Counted from the whole stretch's first letter, positions 50,590-62,332 are shown. The stretch is DNA of 63,436 nt, filler included, from Octopus bimaculoides (GCF_001194135.2; 5 parts of 5 records of this genome joined end to end with filler, not necessarily neighbours in it), one strand, 5' to 3'. Numbers and translations are program-made. The notes: generated from the letters alone by a model not told the origin.

Positions 50590-50978
50590 ACGTGGAATCT
50601 TGCGTAATCAGTTGAAGAATTGTCAATAAAACTTAGTTCAACCCATACAACCGTTGAACGTCATCTTCTTCAACGACATGGAATGGTTCCTAAACTTGGA
50701 AAATGGGTGCCTCATGAATTGTCCGAAACCAACCGCAAATCCCGAGTTGACACCTGCTCTTGTCTCCATACTCAGGAACTCATTTCACCCTTTTTGGATA
50801 GACTTGTGACTGGTGACGAAAAATTGGTCACCTATCGGAATGTTAAAAGTCGTAAACAGTGGCTTGATAAAAGAGAAAAGCCTCAACAACAACCGAGAAG
50901 GGAACTTCATGCAAAAAAAGGTTCTTTTTCCTATCTGGTGGGATTGCAAAGGAGTGATTCACATTGAATTGTTACCAC
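50590..50978 (+). mobile_element. Mariner transposase fragment
   Basis: GKWVPHEL (W at 50704), LDRLVTGDEK, KQW, then frameshifted KKVL..IWWDCKGVIHIELLP; runs into gap. Confidence 0.92.
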
Positions 50979-51581
50979 NNNNNNNNNNNNNNNNNNNNNN
51001 NNNNNNNNNNNNNNNNNNNNNNNNNNNNNNNNNNNNNNNNNNNNNNNNNNNNNNNNNNNNNNNNNNNNNNNNNNNNNNNNNNNNNNNNNNNNNNNNNNNN
51101 NNNNNNNNNNNNNNNNNNNNNNNNNNNNNNNNNNNNNNNNNNNNNNNNNNNNNNNNNNNNNNNNNNNNNNNNNNNNNNNNNNNNNNNNNNNNNNNNNNNN
51201 NNNNNNNNNNNNNNNNNNNNNNNNNNNNNNNNNNNNNNNNNNNNNNNNNNNNNNNNNNNNNNNNNNNNNNNNNNNNNNNNNNNNNNNNNNNNNNNNNNNN
51301 NNNNNNNNNNNNNNNNNNNNNNNNNNNNNNNNNNNNNNNNNNNNNNNNNNNNNNNNNNNNNNNNNNNNNNNNNNNNNNNNNNNNNNNNNNNNNNNNNNNN
51401 NNNNNNNNNNNNNNNNNNNNNNNNNNNNNNNNNNNNNNNNNNNNNNNNNNNNNNNNNNNNNNNNNNNNNNNNNNNNNNNNNNNNNNNNNNNNNNNNNNNN
51501 NNNNNNNNNNNNNNNNNNNNNNNNNNNNNNNNNNNNNNNNNNNNNNNNNNNNNNNNNNNNNNNNNNNNNNTATATATATAA

Positions 51582-51943
51582 AATTATTTAAAATTATAAT
51601 ACAGGGTATCAAGAGATACCACCACGTTGAAAAAATAGCAGTCAAATCCTGACTCTAAAACCACAATAAATGTCCGCATGGCACGATTAGTGAAGACGAA
51701 GACCAAAATAAACCAGTAAAAACAAAGATAATTCCAAATCCTGGATATCTGGCTTTGCATAAATAATAATGCTCTGCCTTCATCAGTGGAATATACTCCA
51801 GTACATAAATACAAGCAAATGTATATAAACAGTATACTTACATATACGGACGTACACATACATATATATGCACGTATGCACACGACTAGCTTAAATAGCC
51901 CGGTGGTATCTCTTGATACCCTGTATTATAATTTTAAATAATT
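51582..51943. repeat. Perfect 42-bp inverted repeats (51582-51623 / 51902-51943) enclosing a decayed hammerhead
   Basis: AATTATTTAAAATTATAATACAGGGTATCAAGAGATACCACC and its exact reverse complement. Confidence 0.9.
51731..51792 (-). ncRNA. Degenerate type I hammerhead
   Basis: Minus strand ATTCCA-CTGATGA-A-GGC...GCC-agat-ATCCAGGAT-T-TGGAAT: stems I, II, III present, GAAA core mutated. Confidence 0.5.
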
Positions 51944-52031
51944 ATTACCTTTGATGGTTTTTATTCCCATGCTGACCACTTGATAAGATCAATATTTTAA
52001 ATATCGATCTTATCCTTATTTATATAAATTA

Positions 52032-52131
52032 NNNNNNNNNNNNNNNNNNNNNNNNNNNNNNNNNNNNNNNNNNNNTTAATTAATTAANNNNNNNNNNNNN
52101 NNNNNNNNNNNNNNNNNNNNNNNNNNNNNNN
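52032..52131. other. Artificial scaffold linker
   Basis: 44 N + TTAATTAATTAA (52076-52087) + 44 N. Confidence 0.97.
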
Positions 52132-52187
<56 letters not shown>

Positions 52188-52625
52188 CACATGTATTTTT
52201 GGCATATGGGCATTGAGCTATGTACAAGTGCCACGTTTAATCCCATTGGATTAAGCTGGAGAATAACCTTTGTAATGCAGCTGTCTTTCATATTCCAGGT
52301 GTGAATACAAATTTTTGAAAGAATAAATCTGATTCAAAACCTTAAACATTATTTTTGTATGTAATTAACCATGTAGATGTTGCAACTGAAATTTTCTTAT
52401 TTCTATATAACTACATTACCAATAAAAACCATCTTAGATATTTATTTCCTTGATGGTCAGCTGGTATAATAAGGATCAGTGATGACAGGTAGGAGTTGCA
52501 TCCAAATAGTTGTAATAGTTTTGAATTTTCTCATGACAAATAAAAAATATTTGGCAACTTCTGTTCATATAAATATCATTAAATAAGAGAGAAAAGTAAA
52601 AAATATTACTGAAGAATTACACTAC

Positions 52626-52749
52626 CTTTAGGTCACCGGGTAATTTGGCAACTAGTTCACTGGCGTATTGATGTAATGTGGGATGCAAATAGATATTTGT
52701 GGTGTGCCAAAGATCATTAAGTTGTTTTTCTGCAGCTTCCACAACAGCA
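52626..52749 (-). CDS. AGXT2: Alanine-glyoxylate aminotransferase 2 (mitochondrial class III PLP aminotransferase), 124-nt exon AVVEAAEKQLNDLWHTTNIYLHPTLHQYASELVAKLPGDLK
   Basis: Acceptor ...CCACATTACAG|, donor AAG|GTAGT; phase 2 start completes CC|T from the previous exon; matches vertebrate KQLGRLWHT..F.HP..HEYA.KL...LP..LK. Confidence 0.92.
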
Positions 52750-52839
52750 CTGTAATGTGGAGAGAAAATACCTTCAAATATTTAGGTTTTAAATTGATAA
52801 TAGCTATTTGTTTTATTAATTTATTTTAAGTAATAAACC

Positions 52840-53060
52840 TCGTCGTCGTCATCATCATCATCATCATTTAATGTCTATATTCTATGCTGACATGGGTTAG
52901 CCAATTCGACAGGATTCAACAGGTTTAAAGGCTGCATTGTGCTCTAATGTTTCTGTAGCTGGATATTCTTCGTAATACCAACTATTTTACAATGTTTACT
53001 GGGTGCTTTTTTTTTGTGGTACCAGCACAAATGAGGTCACCATGTAGCCTGAAAGACTAA
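52840..53060 (-). mobile_element. Diverged RTE 3'-terminal fragment
   Basis: (CAT)n then TTTAATGTC..TTC.ATGCTG.CATGGGTT, the reverse of the RTE tail. Confidence 0.65.
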
Positions 53061-53600
53061 GATCTCTATATATATACATAATAATTTCATCGAAAATAAT
53101 AGCTGCAGAGCTGAAGAGATAGTTACTATTCTAATAAACTACATCTGAAAACCTTTTGATACAAACATTCAAGATAATAAAAAATTATGTCTTCTATGTA
53201 TGTCTTCAAGACAATAAAAAATTATGTCTTCTATACAAATCTAGTATACATATATTATAATGTATATTAAATTTCAGCTAGAATACATTATAATATACAA
53301 AAGTTTTCTTATTTTTAGTTATATTAAAACTGTCTTTTAAAAGTTTATTTTTAATAATCCGCACAACTGCAAATTTAGGAAGATGATATATCACCTGTGT
53401 GTTATTGTATTTATTTTATCTGTTCTTTATATAATTTTGAATACATTTTAAATTTGATTTTGTTTTCTTTTTAGTTGTTTTAACTTTGTACCTGGATAAT
53501 TTGCTTAGCTTAGAAATTATACGGCCTGAAATTCAATCTTAGTTACAAAAATAGCAAGCTATTTATGTTTTACTGGCAGTAAAATAATATTATTACTTAC

Positions 53601-53785
53601 GGATGGCAGTGTCCAGCACTAATTGTGACAATACCGCCAAAACAATCTAAATATCTCTTGCCATTTGTGTCCCAAAGCCATTGCATGTGTCCTTTGTAAA
53701 TAAAGACTGGATTCTTGTAAAATGTGAATAATGCTGGGTTAATATTGTATTGCCGCACTGTTTTGGCTGCTTCTGCTGATATACC
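53601..53785 (-). CDS. AGXT2: AGXT2 185-nt exon GISAEAAKTVRQYNINPALFTFYKNPVFIYKGHMQWLWDTNGKRYLDCFGGIVTISAGHCHP
   Basis: Acceptor CTTTCTCTTGTAG|, donor CC|GTAAGT; GHMQWL.D..G.RYLD.F.GIVT.S.GHCHP is the AGXT2 signature. Confidence 0.95.
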
Positions 53786-53898
53786 CTACAAGAGAAAGAT
53801 CAAAATTTTACTAGGATACACAAGTAATCCATGTTAATTAAGTTTTTTTTAATATTACTCTATACAAAATATCTAACAACAAAATATTGGCAGTTTAA

Positions 53899-54745
53899 CC
53901 CTTTAGTATTCAAACTGGCCATATCCAGACAAAATATTCTATGCTTTATGTTCAAACCAGCCAGATACAGCTTCTCACATCTACCCTACAACGTCCTTCT
54001 AAAAATAAGTAATCACATTGTGAAACATTCAAAGCTACAAGATAATCCATGATTAATTCAAAACAAACGACAGAGTAACGAAGGATCAATGGGCTTGCAG
54101 CCCGATCCGGGGTAAAATTGCAACGAAAAAGCATGGGAAATCATGCCCCCATGATCCCGGACCACGGGGGGAGAATAAAGGATCAAATAGGGGTGTTTGC
54201 TAGTTACATCGGGCTCAGAATCCACCAAGGGAAGGTATGTCAGAAGAAAGTAATTCAACAGCGCGGGTTGATGAACCATAAGACGTGTGGCCAGAACCTC
54301 CGGGAAAATAACCACAGCGAGGGACATTCCACAGTTGAATTAGAACAGTCACAAACAGTGATAGGCGTGAAGAAGACAAAGATTAAGTGGCCGAAAGCAA
54401 ATGACGCAGCAAGTTATAAAAAATTCAACAACGAGGTATCAAGAATGACCACCAAATTCAAACGATCAGTCGGACGCTGACACTCGTTGATGCTGCATTG
54501 AAGAGGCCAGGGAATAGAAGAAAGAAGACATACACCCAACACCAGAGCTGAAGACACCTCCGAAAGGAGGGGCCCCGCCACATCAAAACGGTAGAGGAGT
54601 AGGGGCCGAAACCGGACGTGGTTCCTCCTGATGATGTCTTGAGCTAACTGGATCCTATAAAGGAGCTGTTGTGGTAGCAGACCATGAAACATGGTTGAAA
54701 TTCCTCAGGCATAACACTTGACAGAATAATCTGAATACTAAATGG
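53899..54745. mobile_element. piggyBac-like MITE (sister of 19648-19870) interrupted by a Hero-type insertion
   Basis: TTAA at 53895-53898 and 54746-54749; TIR CCCTTTAG / CTAAATGG; MITE sequence 53899-54065 resumes at 54709. Confidence 0.85.
54066..54705 (+). mobile_element. Internally deleted Hero/R2-like element (5' region plus N-terminal ORF joined to the 3' end)
   Basis: ORF 54118-54480 has GLRIHQGK.C and IKWPKAN...F..EV motifs typical of Hero N-termini; no RT; 3' end shared with 26697-26822. Confidence 0.7.
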
Positions 54746-55409
54746 TTAAGTGACTCAGTTCACTTTGATTTTGTAGTTAGACATTGAAACTCCCAAGAAA
54801 TTTACCTATGATATACTAGCATCCTGTTCAAAGTCATATTTGTCTCATCTACTATGGACTAGAGTTATGGACTGGCCCTGTAGAGTTCTGTAGGTGTAAG
54901 AAAAGATTATAACTTCCACAAGCATCAGTTAATTAGTCTTGTCAGAGACTACAATGGCTTGTATGTAAAAAGATGATGTGTAAATGTAATGAGATGGAAT
55001 TTTACATAAAAGGGTTATAATTCCATCTAATAATGAGTGTCTGTATACAATTATTGGAAACATTAGTTAACATCAAATCACCTTAGTCAAGCAGTCAAAT
55101 TTTAAATTTTGTTAACTCAAAGATGAAATTTTGTTTTTGTGAAATACATGTAACAACCATTGAAGAGATGTTAAAAGGAGTTTGAAACAAGACTATATTA
55201 AATAAATAAAATGTGAAGAAAGGAATAAACAAGTTGCATGGTAGTTTTGACAAATAAGTCATCCAATTAATGAAACTACCTATTCTTTGTAGTATAGTGT
55301 GACCGAGTATTCCACAGACTCCTGTATAACATAATCTTCAAGTAGACCCAGTGTGATATTGTTGTGATAAGGATAGACCTACTACCTATTAATACACTCC
55401 ATCAGACAG

Positions 55410-55570
55410 GCTTCCCCACTCCCAGTGTTTGCCTACTCATTTTCACTGGTAAAGCATGGGTTAACTTAAAACTATGGTAGAAAACATTTATCCGAGGTGT
55501 TGCATTGTTGGGCTGAGCCCAGAACCTTGTAATTGAGAAGCAATCTTCCTAACCACTCAGCCATGCACTT
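55410..55570 (-). mobile_element. Diverged SINE family B-like head
   Basis: CTAACCACTCAGCCATGC terminus and degenerate body. Confidence 0.5.
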
Positions 55571-56382
55571 ATGACAAACAATATATGAGAAGGAATAAAT
55601 ATTCCACTACATCAGATATTTTTGAAAAATTCAATATAAACATGTATTATATGAATATTTCTGTTTAATTTTGAATTACTACAGAGCAATGAAAAATAGC
55701 TACATGATTCTTATAGAAACATTAATTTTAATATGAATTTAAATTCAATAATTTTGATATTTTAAATAAAATAAATAAAATGTTAATAAATCTTAAAATA
55801 GAAATGTCTTTTTTCTGAGAATGTGATTTCAGATTTCAGATAATCATAAATAATAGTGTACTGTGATTTGTCAGCAATGCTTCACATATGAAAGACAAAA
55901 AGAAAGTGTTAATTTACTTAATACAGGGAACACAAAAATAACTAAATAGAAATAATTATGCTAAGAAGAAAAATGTCAAACAAAAAACATATTATCGATT
56001 CTCTATATAGTTCTGCATTTCCATACCAATCAATGCACAATTTTTTACATTTGCTGAGTTATTATTTCATATTTACTTTGCAAGTATGGTTATGGCTATG
56101 CTTCACTGATGAAGTCAGAATAAGACCTAAATGAGTCTAACTTTGTGTCCTGTACTTTTTAAAATGAGGAAAATAATATTAGTCATTGGCAATATTATTT
56201 TCCTTCACTATATAATTGGTTATAGTTAGTGTTTTTTAATGTTTCATGCATTAAATACATTAACACTAAAACTTAACTCATGTGATTTGATACAAGGAAA
56301 CAATTGTTGGAAAGAGTGTTGAGGCAAATTAAATAAACATCAATATATCACTTAGAATTATTTCAAAATCAATATGACAAAC

Positions 56383-56456
56383 CTGATATGGCTTGGGAAC
56401 AAAATCACAGCTAGGCATTGATACTCTGGCCTGATTGACATTGTGGACTGGTTGAT
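56383..56456 (-). CDS. AGXT2: AGXT2 74-nt exon xQPVHNVNQARVSMPSCDFVPKPYQ
   Basis: Acceptor TTTTCATTGCAG|, donor CAG|GTTTGT; MP.CDF.P..YQ matches vertebrate MPPCDFMPERYQ; phase 0 joins the 53785 exon. Confidence 0.9.
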
Positions 56457-56544
56457 CTGCAATGAAAATGTACTGTTTAAGCAAAACTGTTAAGTAGTAC
56501 AATAACAATATTTAAGATGCACTATTTCCCCACTCTGTCTATTC

Positions 56545-56745
56545 TATGGCTGTGGAAGGCCACCAGGTTGGCTATGAAGACAGCAGAGGTTGCCTGAAAG
56601 TGACTGTGGATAAGAAGGTACAAGCCCTGGAAAGGGCAGTGCTACCAAAGGTAGTGCTAACTGGATACAAACTGGAGCTCAGTCAACCCTAGTTGGGTTG
56701 CCTGGGTGAGGGTATCGCATGTTGAAAAAGCTGAAACATGTTAAA
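56545..56745 (+). mobile_element. 3' end of a second Hero-like family
   Basis: TAEVA*K*LWIRR..PW (cf. AAE.ASRWLW.KR..W) followed by CAACCCTAGTTGGGTTGCCTGGGTGAGGGT 3' UTR. Confidence 0.6.
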
Positions 56746-56835
56746 GTAATGAACTGGCTCAGTAGAGTCTTTTAGGTGTAAGAAAGTTTGCAATTTATAT
56801 AGGTTGAAATTTATTCATAAATATTTTTCTATATA

Positions 56836-56961
56836 GGCGTAGATGAGGCTGTGTGGTAAGAAGCTTGCTTACCAACCATCATAATTCTGGGTTCAGTTCC
56901 ACTGCATGACACCTTGGGCAAGTGTCTTCTATAATAGCTTCATGCTGACCAAAGCCTTGTG
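56836..56961 (+). mobile_element. SINE family B head, truncated by gap
   Basis: GGCTGTGTGGTAAGAAGCTTGC...GGGTTCAGTTCCACTG..ACCTTGGGCAAGTG. Confidence 0.88.
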
Positions 56962-58249
56962 NNNNNNNNNNNNNNNNNNNNNNNNNNNNNNNNNNNNNNN
57001 NNNNNNNNNNNNNNNNNNNNNNNNNNNNNNNNNNNNNNNNNNNNNNNNNNNNNNNNNNNNNCCTTTAGGGAGCCATTAACAATTGGCTATTTTCCTTCTT
57101 CAATGAAAAAGAAAAATCCATTTGAATATGGGAGTCAGTAGATTACTCCTTTACTTATCTGATTGTATTGTTCAGGTTACTGATCAAGTCAAGTAAATAT
57201 TTATTTTATAATTAACCCAAATTGGTTAAAATCATTAAAAAATAAAGACTTTTAGAGAATCTTTAATGACTGAAGCTTTAATTTTTGCACAGTATATAGT
57301 TATATTAGAACAAGTATGCATGTATGTGCATGCACATCTGTGAATCACATGCTTTTTGATGTAAGATACAGTGCTTTAAAAGATATTATTGTACTTTGAG
57401 AGGGTCATTCTACCAAGGAAACACAGACTGATTAATCTATTGTTTAGTTTCTTAGAGTCTTTCAACATAAAACTGTCAATGATTTCCTCACTATATTTCC
57501 TTTCTTGCTGTTTTTTTAATTGAAATGTATAGAGGTATGCATAAGTACTGCTTATGCTCAAGTGTTGTAACAGAAATGGTAGTGTTATTTTATGATGGTA
57601 AACAATGTCTGATGCTTGTCTATGTAAGTGCTAGCTTACTATCAAGAAATAAATACTATTAGGCTCCAACACACTGAATTGTGTGGGAAGGAGGCTAGAA
57701 TGCTGTAATGAAGTTGCTGGTGGTAAGCACAGTATATATGCATTTATGTGAGCAACTGTAAGTTTTGTGTTACACATACATGTACTTGTTATATGTATGT
57801 ACTTATGCAGTGGTTGTCTATCTCTTTATTGCTCTACAACATTGTTGACAATAAGGCTCAAGTTGTTTTCATTTTTATTGCCATTTATTTCTTCCTTCTT
57901 GTTTTTTGCAGTTTATTAGATATGGGATCACATGCCAGTTAGACTGTTCACACACCTACCCTCTCACACAATTCATTGTGTACACACACACGCACACACA
58001 CACACACACATATTTATTTATAAGTAGGGTATCTGCAGTTGTGAAGCTGAAAAGATCACTATTCACAGGGGTACTCAATACATAGTTATGTAGTGTTGAA
58101 GTATTTAATTTAAGTTGCCTGAAAGCGAGTATAATCATTTCAGCTGCTAGTCTAATCTCATTGAGATTAAACTGGCAGTCAAAATGTTCAAATTCACTGT
58201 TGGGTTATTCCAAATTATACATATATATTATAGATTTGCTTGTCATTAG

Positions 58250-58510
58250 TTAGTGGATGATAGCTCTGCAATTGCTTGCTGAACAACCACATAGATGATC
58301 TGCTTGTAGTGATCAACTGTTTGTGTTTACATAAGCTCACTCCCTCTGTTACATCAACATAGCTTGTGCACCTGCACAAGTATGCCACATGTTAGATGTG
58401 AAAACGATTACAGAGCAATGGGAAATGAAGTGCTTTACTTAAGAATACAACACACTGCCTGGTCCAGGAATCGAACTCTTGATCTAGCAAGCATGAGTGC
58501 AATGCCCTGC
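58250..58510 (-). mobile_element. Diverged tRNA-derived SINE
   Basis: Reverse B box GGAATCGAAC and CORE-like GTGCTTTACTTAAGAATACAAC. Confidence 0.55.
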
Positions 58511-58774
58511 CCACCTGACCTAACAATCACATTGTATTCCATTGCATTTTATACACTGTGTAGTTCTAGGTTATTAGTATTATAATTATTATTATCATAG
58601 AGTGTGGGGACTGAAGTGGGAATTGTTACTCCAAACATACTTTTCTATTTAATGTGGGTCAGTTTCTGCTTCAGTGATTTACCTGTGTCAGATTGTGTAG
58701 GTGTGCAGAAAGAATTTTTTATTTTGATGTTGATTACTGATCTGTCCTGTTTATGGCGGTGGCGATGGCACAAA

Positions 58775-59225
58775 CACCACCACCATCATTTAATGTCTGC
58801 TTTCCATGCTGGCATGGGTTGGACAGTTTGAGTGAGAACTGGCAAACCGGGAGGCTGCACCAGGCTCCATCTGATGTGGCAAGGTTTCTACAGCTAGATG
58901 CCCTTCTTAATGTCAACCACTTCGAGAGTGTAGTGAATGCTTTTATGTGCCACTGGCATGGGAGTCAGCCAGGCAACACTGACATCGGCCACACTCAAAT
59001 AGTACTTTTTATGTGCCACCGGCACAGGCATTGGCCACGCTCGAACGGTGTTTTTATGTGTCAGTCAGGTGGCACTGGCATCGGCCACAACTATGATTTC
59101 ACTTGGTTCAACAAGTCTTCACAAGCACGGCATATTGCCCAACAATTGAAGGGTGCTTTTAAATGGGTCAGTTATGCAACACATCAGCCATGACTACGAT
59201 CTCACTTGGCTTACTGGGTCTTTTC
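58775..59225 (-). mobile_element. RTE 3' UTR fragment
   Basis: Reverse complement of 16600-17099 including subrepeats. Confidence 0.85.
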
Positions 59226-59519
59226 AAGATATGTTGGTAGAATATAGGTGCTGCTCTCTTGTTGTACTCAGAGAAGTATTGTTTGATTATTTTAGATATT
59301 TTATGAACTGTTTCTTCAATGTGCCATTGTTTAGTCTTCAAATCAGCTCTGATCAAGCAGACTTATAATTGAAAGGCATTTCAGTCATAATCATTATGTC
59401 TATTTTATTTTCTGAAAGTGTGTTTATGATCACATAATCAGACATGACCTTTTTTTTTAAGGTGGTAGTGTATTGAGGGAGACTTGGCTGTTACTTCTAG
59501 TAGACTGTGACCGCATAGA

Positions 59520-59960
59520 GGCTCCTTTGATTCAACAGCTTCTCCTGCATAGGTTTTGGTAGCGTTCCTACACTTCATGTCAATGAACCTCACATGGTAT
59601 TCCACATTCTTTGTTTTGCAGTTTACCCATGGGTGGGTTTTGTAAATTCTGTAGCTGCTATTAATGTAGAAGGTTGGTGGTTCTTAAATGTTTATGACAT
59701 TCTAATGTGTATTTAATGGATCTGCCTGTGTTCTGTAATTTTAATTCTAAATTTTGTTTTATGTAATGTTTTCCTAAACCCATCAGCTAATTTGCTCCTG
59801 GGTGTAGTGTCAACAAACATTGCACCTTAGAACTTGTCATATCTCAAGACTATCTTGCTTAGTTTTCTTTGACTTCTTTCTGATCTATTACAGAATTTTC
59901 TCTGATATAGAAAATATATTCTATTAGTATCCTGGCTGATGACAGTTTCGAACCTATTCT
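59520..59960 (-). mobile_element. Decayed Penelope-like element (RT-EN linker and GIY-YIG)
   Basis: Minus strand MFVDTTPGSKL..FRK...IKITE.TGRSIK, then NCKTKNVEY...C....TYAGE. Confidence 0.5.
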
Positions 59961-61554
59961 TTGCTCCTCTATATACTTCAATTCAATACTGTAAGCTATA
60001 TCTGAAATCTTGCATTCAGCTGATAAAATTTTGTGCATGCTTATGCAGTTCAAAGAGTTGACACATGTGGGATACATTTTTCATCAGCTTTACTAGATCT
60101 GTTTTCTTATATATTGGAGCTATAAAACATATAAGCAACTGCAACATTGCAAAGCTATAAAGCAACAATAACATAGGTAAACTATAAAACAATAAAGAAT
60201 AAATTATATATATATATAGGATAGGTTATACAAATGAGAGAAATAGAACTTTTCATATACAGAGTATTTATATTATTTTATCTATAGCTGAAAAGCTGCA
60301 TCATTGACTGAAGGGCTTAGAGTTTCATTATAGAGCACTTGTAAAACTGGATAAGATTTGAAAATTTCATATAATGTATGAAAGAAAGAATTCTCTTGCA
60401 AAAAGTATTCAAAGTATTACATAGTAATGACTTGGTTAATGAGTTTGAGGAACTAATGTTATGCATATGTTCTTGAAAGATATTTCTTTTGAAATATGTG
60501 TTTAGTGTAAATGAGAAATATTACTGAGATAAAATAAAGGAAAATCAACATATGGCATTTGTAACCTAATAGAGATAAGGTAAAATAATGTCTTATTAAG
60601 ATTAGCTGCAAGGAGTGTAGATCACTATCCCTCCCCTGCTTCCTTTCTTCAATTCATGCTTGCTCTTCTTTTGAAGACATACACTTTTTTTTTTCAATAG
60701 AGTATAGCTCTAACAGGGATGAAACTCAACAGTTGTGGTGGAATTTGAGCTGTTAGTTCCAGAGTGGGGAAAATTGACTCAGAGTTTCGAACAATTTGCA
60801 GTGAAAACACATTCTTCACACTCTTCTTGATCACTTTGTGCTACTTATTTTCTGTGACAGTTAAATTTTCTGGAGACTGGGTTGACACTTTGCCAAACAC
60901 TGGTAGTTTATTTATCCCAAATGAGCTCCACATTTTCATCACCCTCAAAGTGGGAACCGATGTATGTTGGAGAATGAGACTTTGTTGTAAATTTCTCAGC
61001 TCTGGATGTCTTTAAAGATTATGATGTCAACTGAATGTGGGTTGTGATGGTTGCTATCACCTAATGATTAGGGTAAATATCCTCTCAAGTCTGAAACTAG
61101 TGGATTTTCCAGTGATGATGGAAAGAGCCACAACAGACTCACTCTTTGTCCTTGGTTTAGAAGCAGATGGCTTATATGCTCTATCACTTGTCTGAAATGC
61201 TACAGTAAAGGTGGGCTTGGTTTATCTATAGCTGAACAAAATGAAGCATTGAAATACCATGACCTATTGTTAAATTATATTTTTCAAGCAGTGGTTTTTG
61301 AAATGTTAGGAGTGTCTGACTCCTAACAGTTTTAGGAGTTTTTGACCTCATTAAATATCCTACTTTACTGAAATATCAGATGATGTTTGGGAGGCTACCT
61401 GTTCTAGCACTTTTGATTTACATTCATCAGCACACACACACATTGTTGGGGTAGCCTTAGACTTTTTATGTCCAGAAGGCTTTTTCAACCCAATATTTAC
61501 TATATTATTTAAATCTTTGTATGTATTTTCCAGAACCAATTACAAAACAGAATT

Positions 61555-61596
<42 letters not shown>

Positions 61597-62264
61597 TTGT
61601 TTGTAAAAAACAAATCTGAAAGAAGCACACTATAAGATGTAGAGCAGTATATATCTAAAATGGAGAAGGCTGGTTTATGGGATTACCCTAGGTTTCCCAT
61701 CCATAAAGGGTTNNNNNNNNNNNNNNNNNNNNNNNNNNNNNNNNNNNNNNNNNNNNNNNNNNNNNNNNNNNNNNNNNNNNNNNNNNNNNNNNNNNNNNNN
61801 NNNNNNNNNNNNNNNNNNNNNNNNNNNNNNNNNNNNNNNNNNNNNNNNNNNNNNNNNNNNNNNNNNNNNNNNNNNNNNNNNNNNNNNNNNNNNNNNNNNN
61901 NNNNNNNNNNNNNNNNNNNNNNNNNNNNNNNNNNNNNNNNNNNNNNNNNNNNNNNNNNNNNNNNNNNNNNNNNNNNNNNNNNNNNNNNNNNNNNNNNNNN
62001 NNNNNNNNNNNNNNNNNNNNNNNNNNNNNNNNNNNNNNNNNNNNNNNNNNNNNNNNNNNNNNNNNNNNNNNNNNNNNNNNNNNNNNNNNNNNNNNNNNNN
62101 NNNNNNNNNNNNNNNNNNNNNNNNNNNNNNNNNNNNNNNNNNNNNNNNNNNNNNNNNNNNNNNNNNNNNNNNNNAACGATTCACATGTGGTTACATTTTG
62201 AAATAACCAGAAGGGAATGGGTGAAGAAAAAGTTCTTTTTAAGACAGGAGAGTATAAGAGAAGG

Positions 62265-62289
62265 AGGTATGTGTGTGTATGTGCATATG

Positions 62290-62332
<43 letters not shown>

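Noticed and set aside
54604-54640. CGAAAC...CTGATGA in the Hero-type 3' UTR as a type II hammerhead
   Set aside because: Only 4 nt between the putative cleavage site and CTGATGA, so stem I cannot form; the sister copy at 26697-26822 has CTGGTGA.
54806-54840. Minus-strand MTLNRMLVYHR|GTAAA as AGXT2 exon 1
   Set aside because: It lies downstream of the 56383-56456 exon in transcript order and has the wrong phase.
18098-56456. CUL1-AGXT2 linkage as a gene neighbourhood
   Set aside because: Separated by three artificial linkers, so adjacency is not evidence.
60700-61200. Coding-looking minus-strand segment (EGDENVELIWD, EECEECVF)
   Set aside because: Multiple stops in all frames and no recognisable motif; possibly old transposase debris but unsupported.
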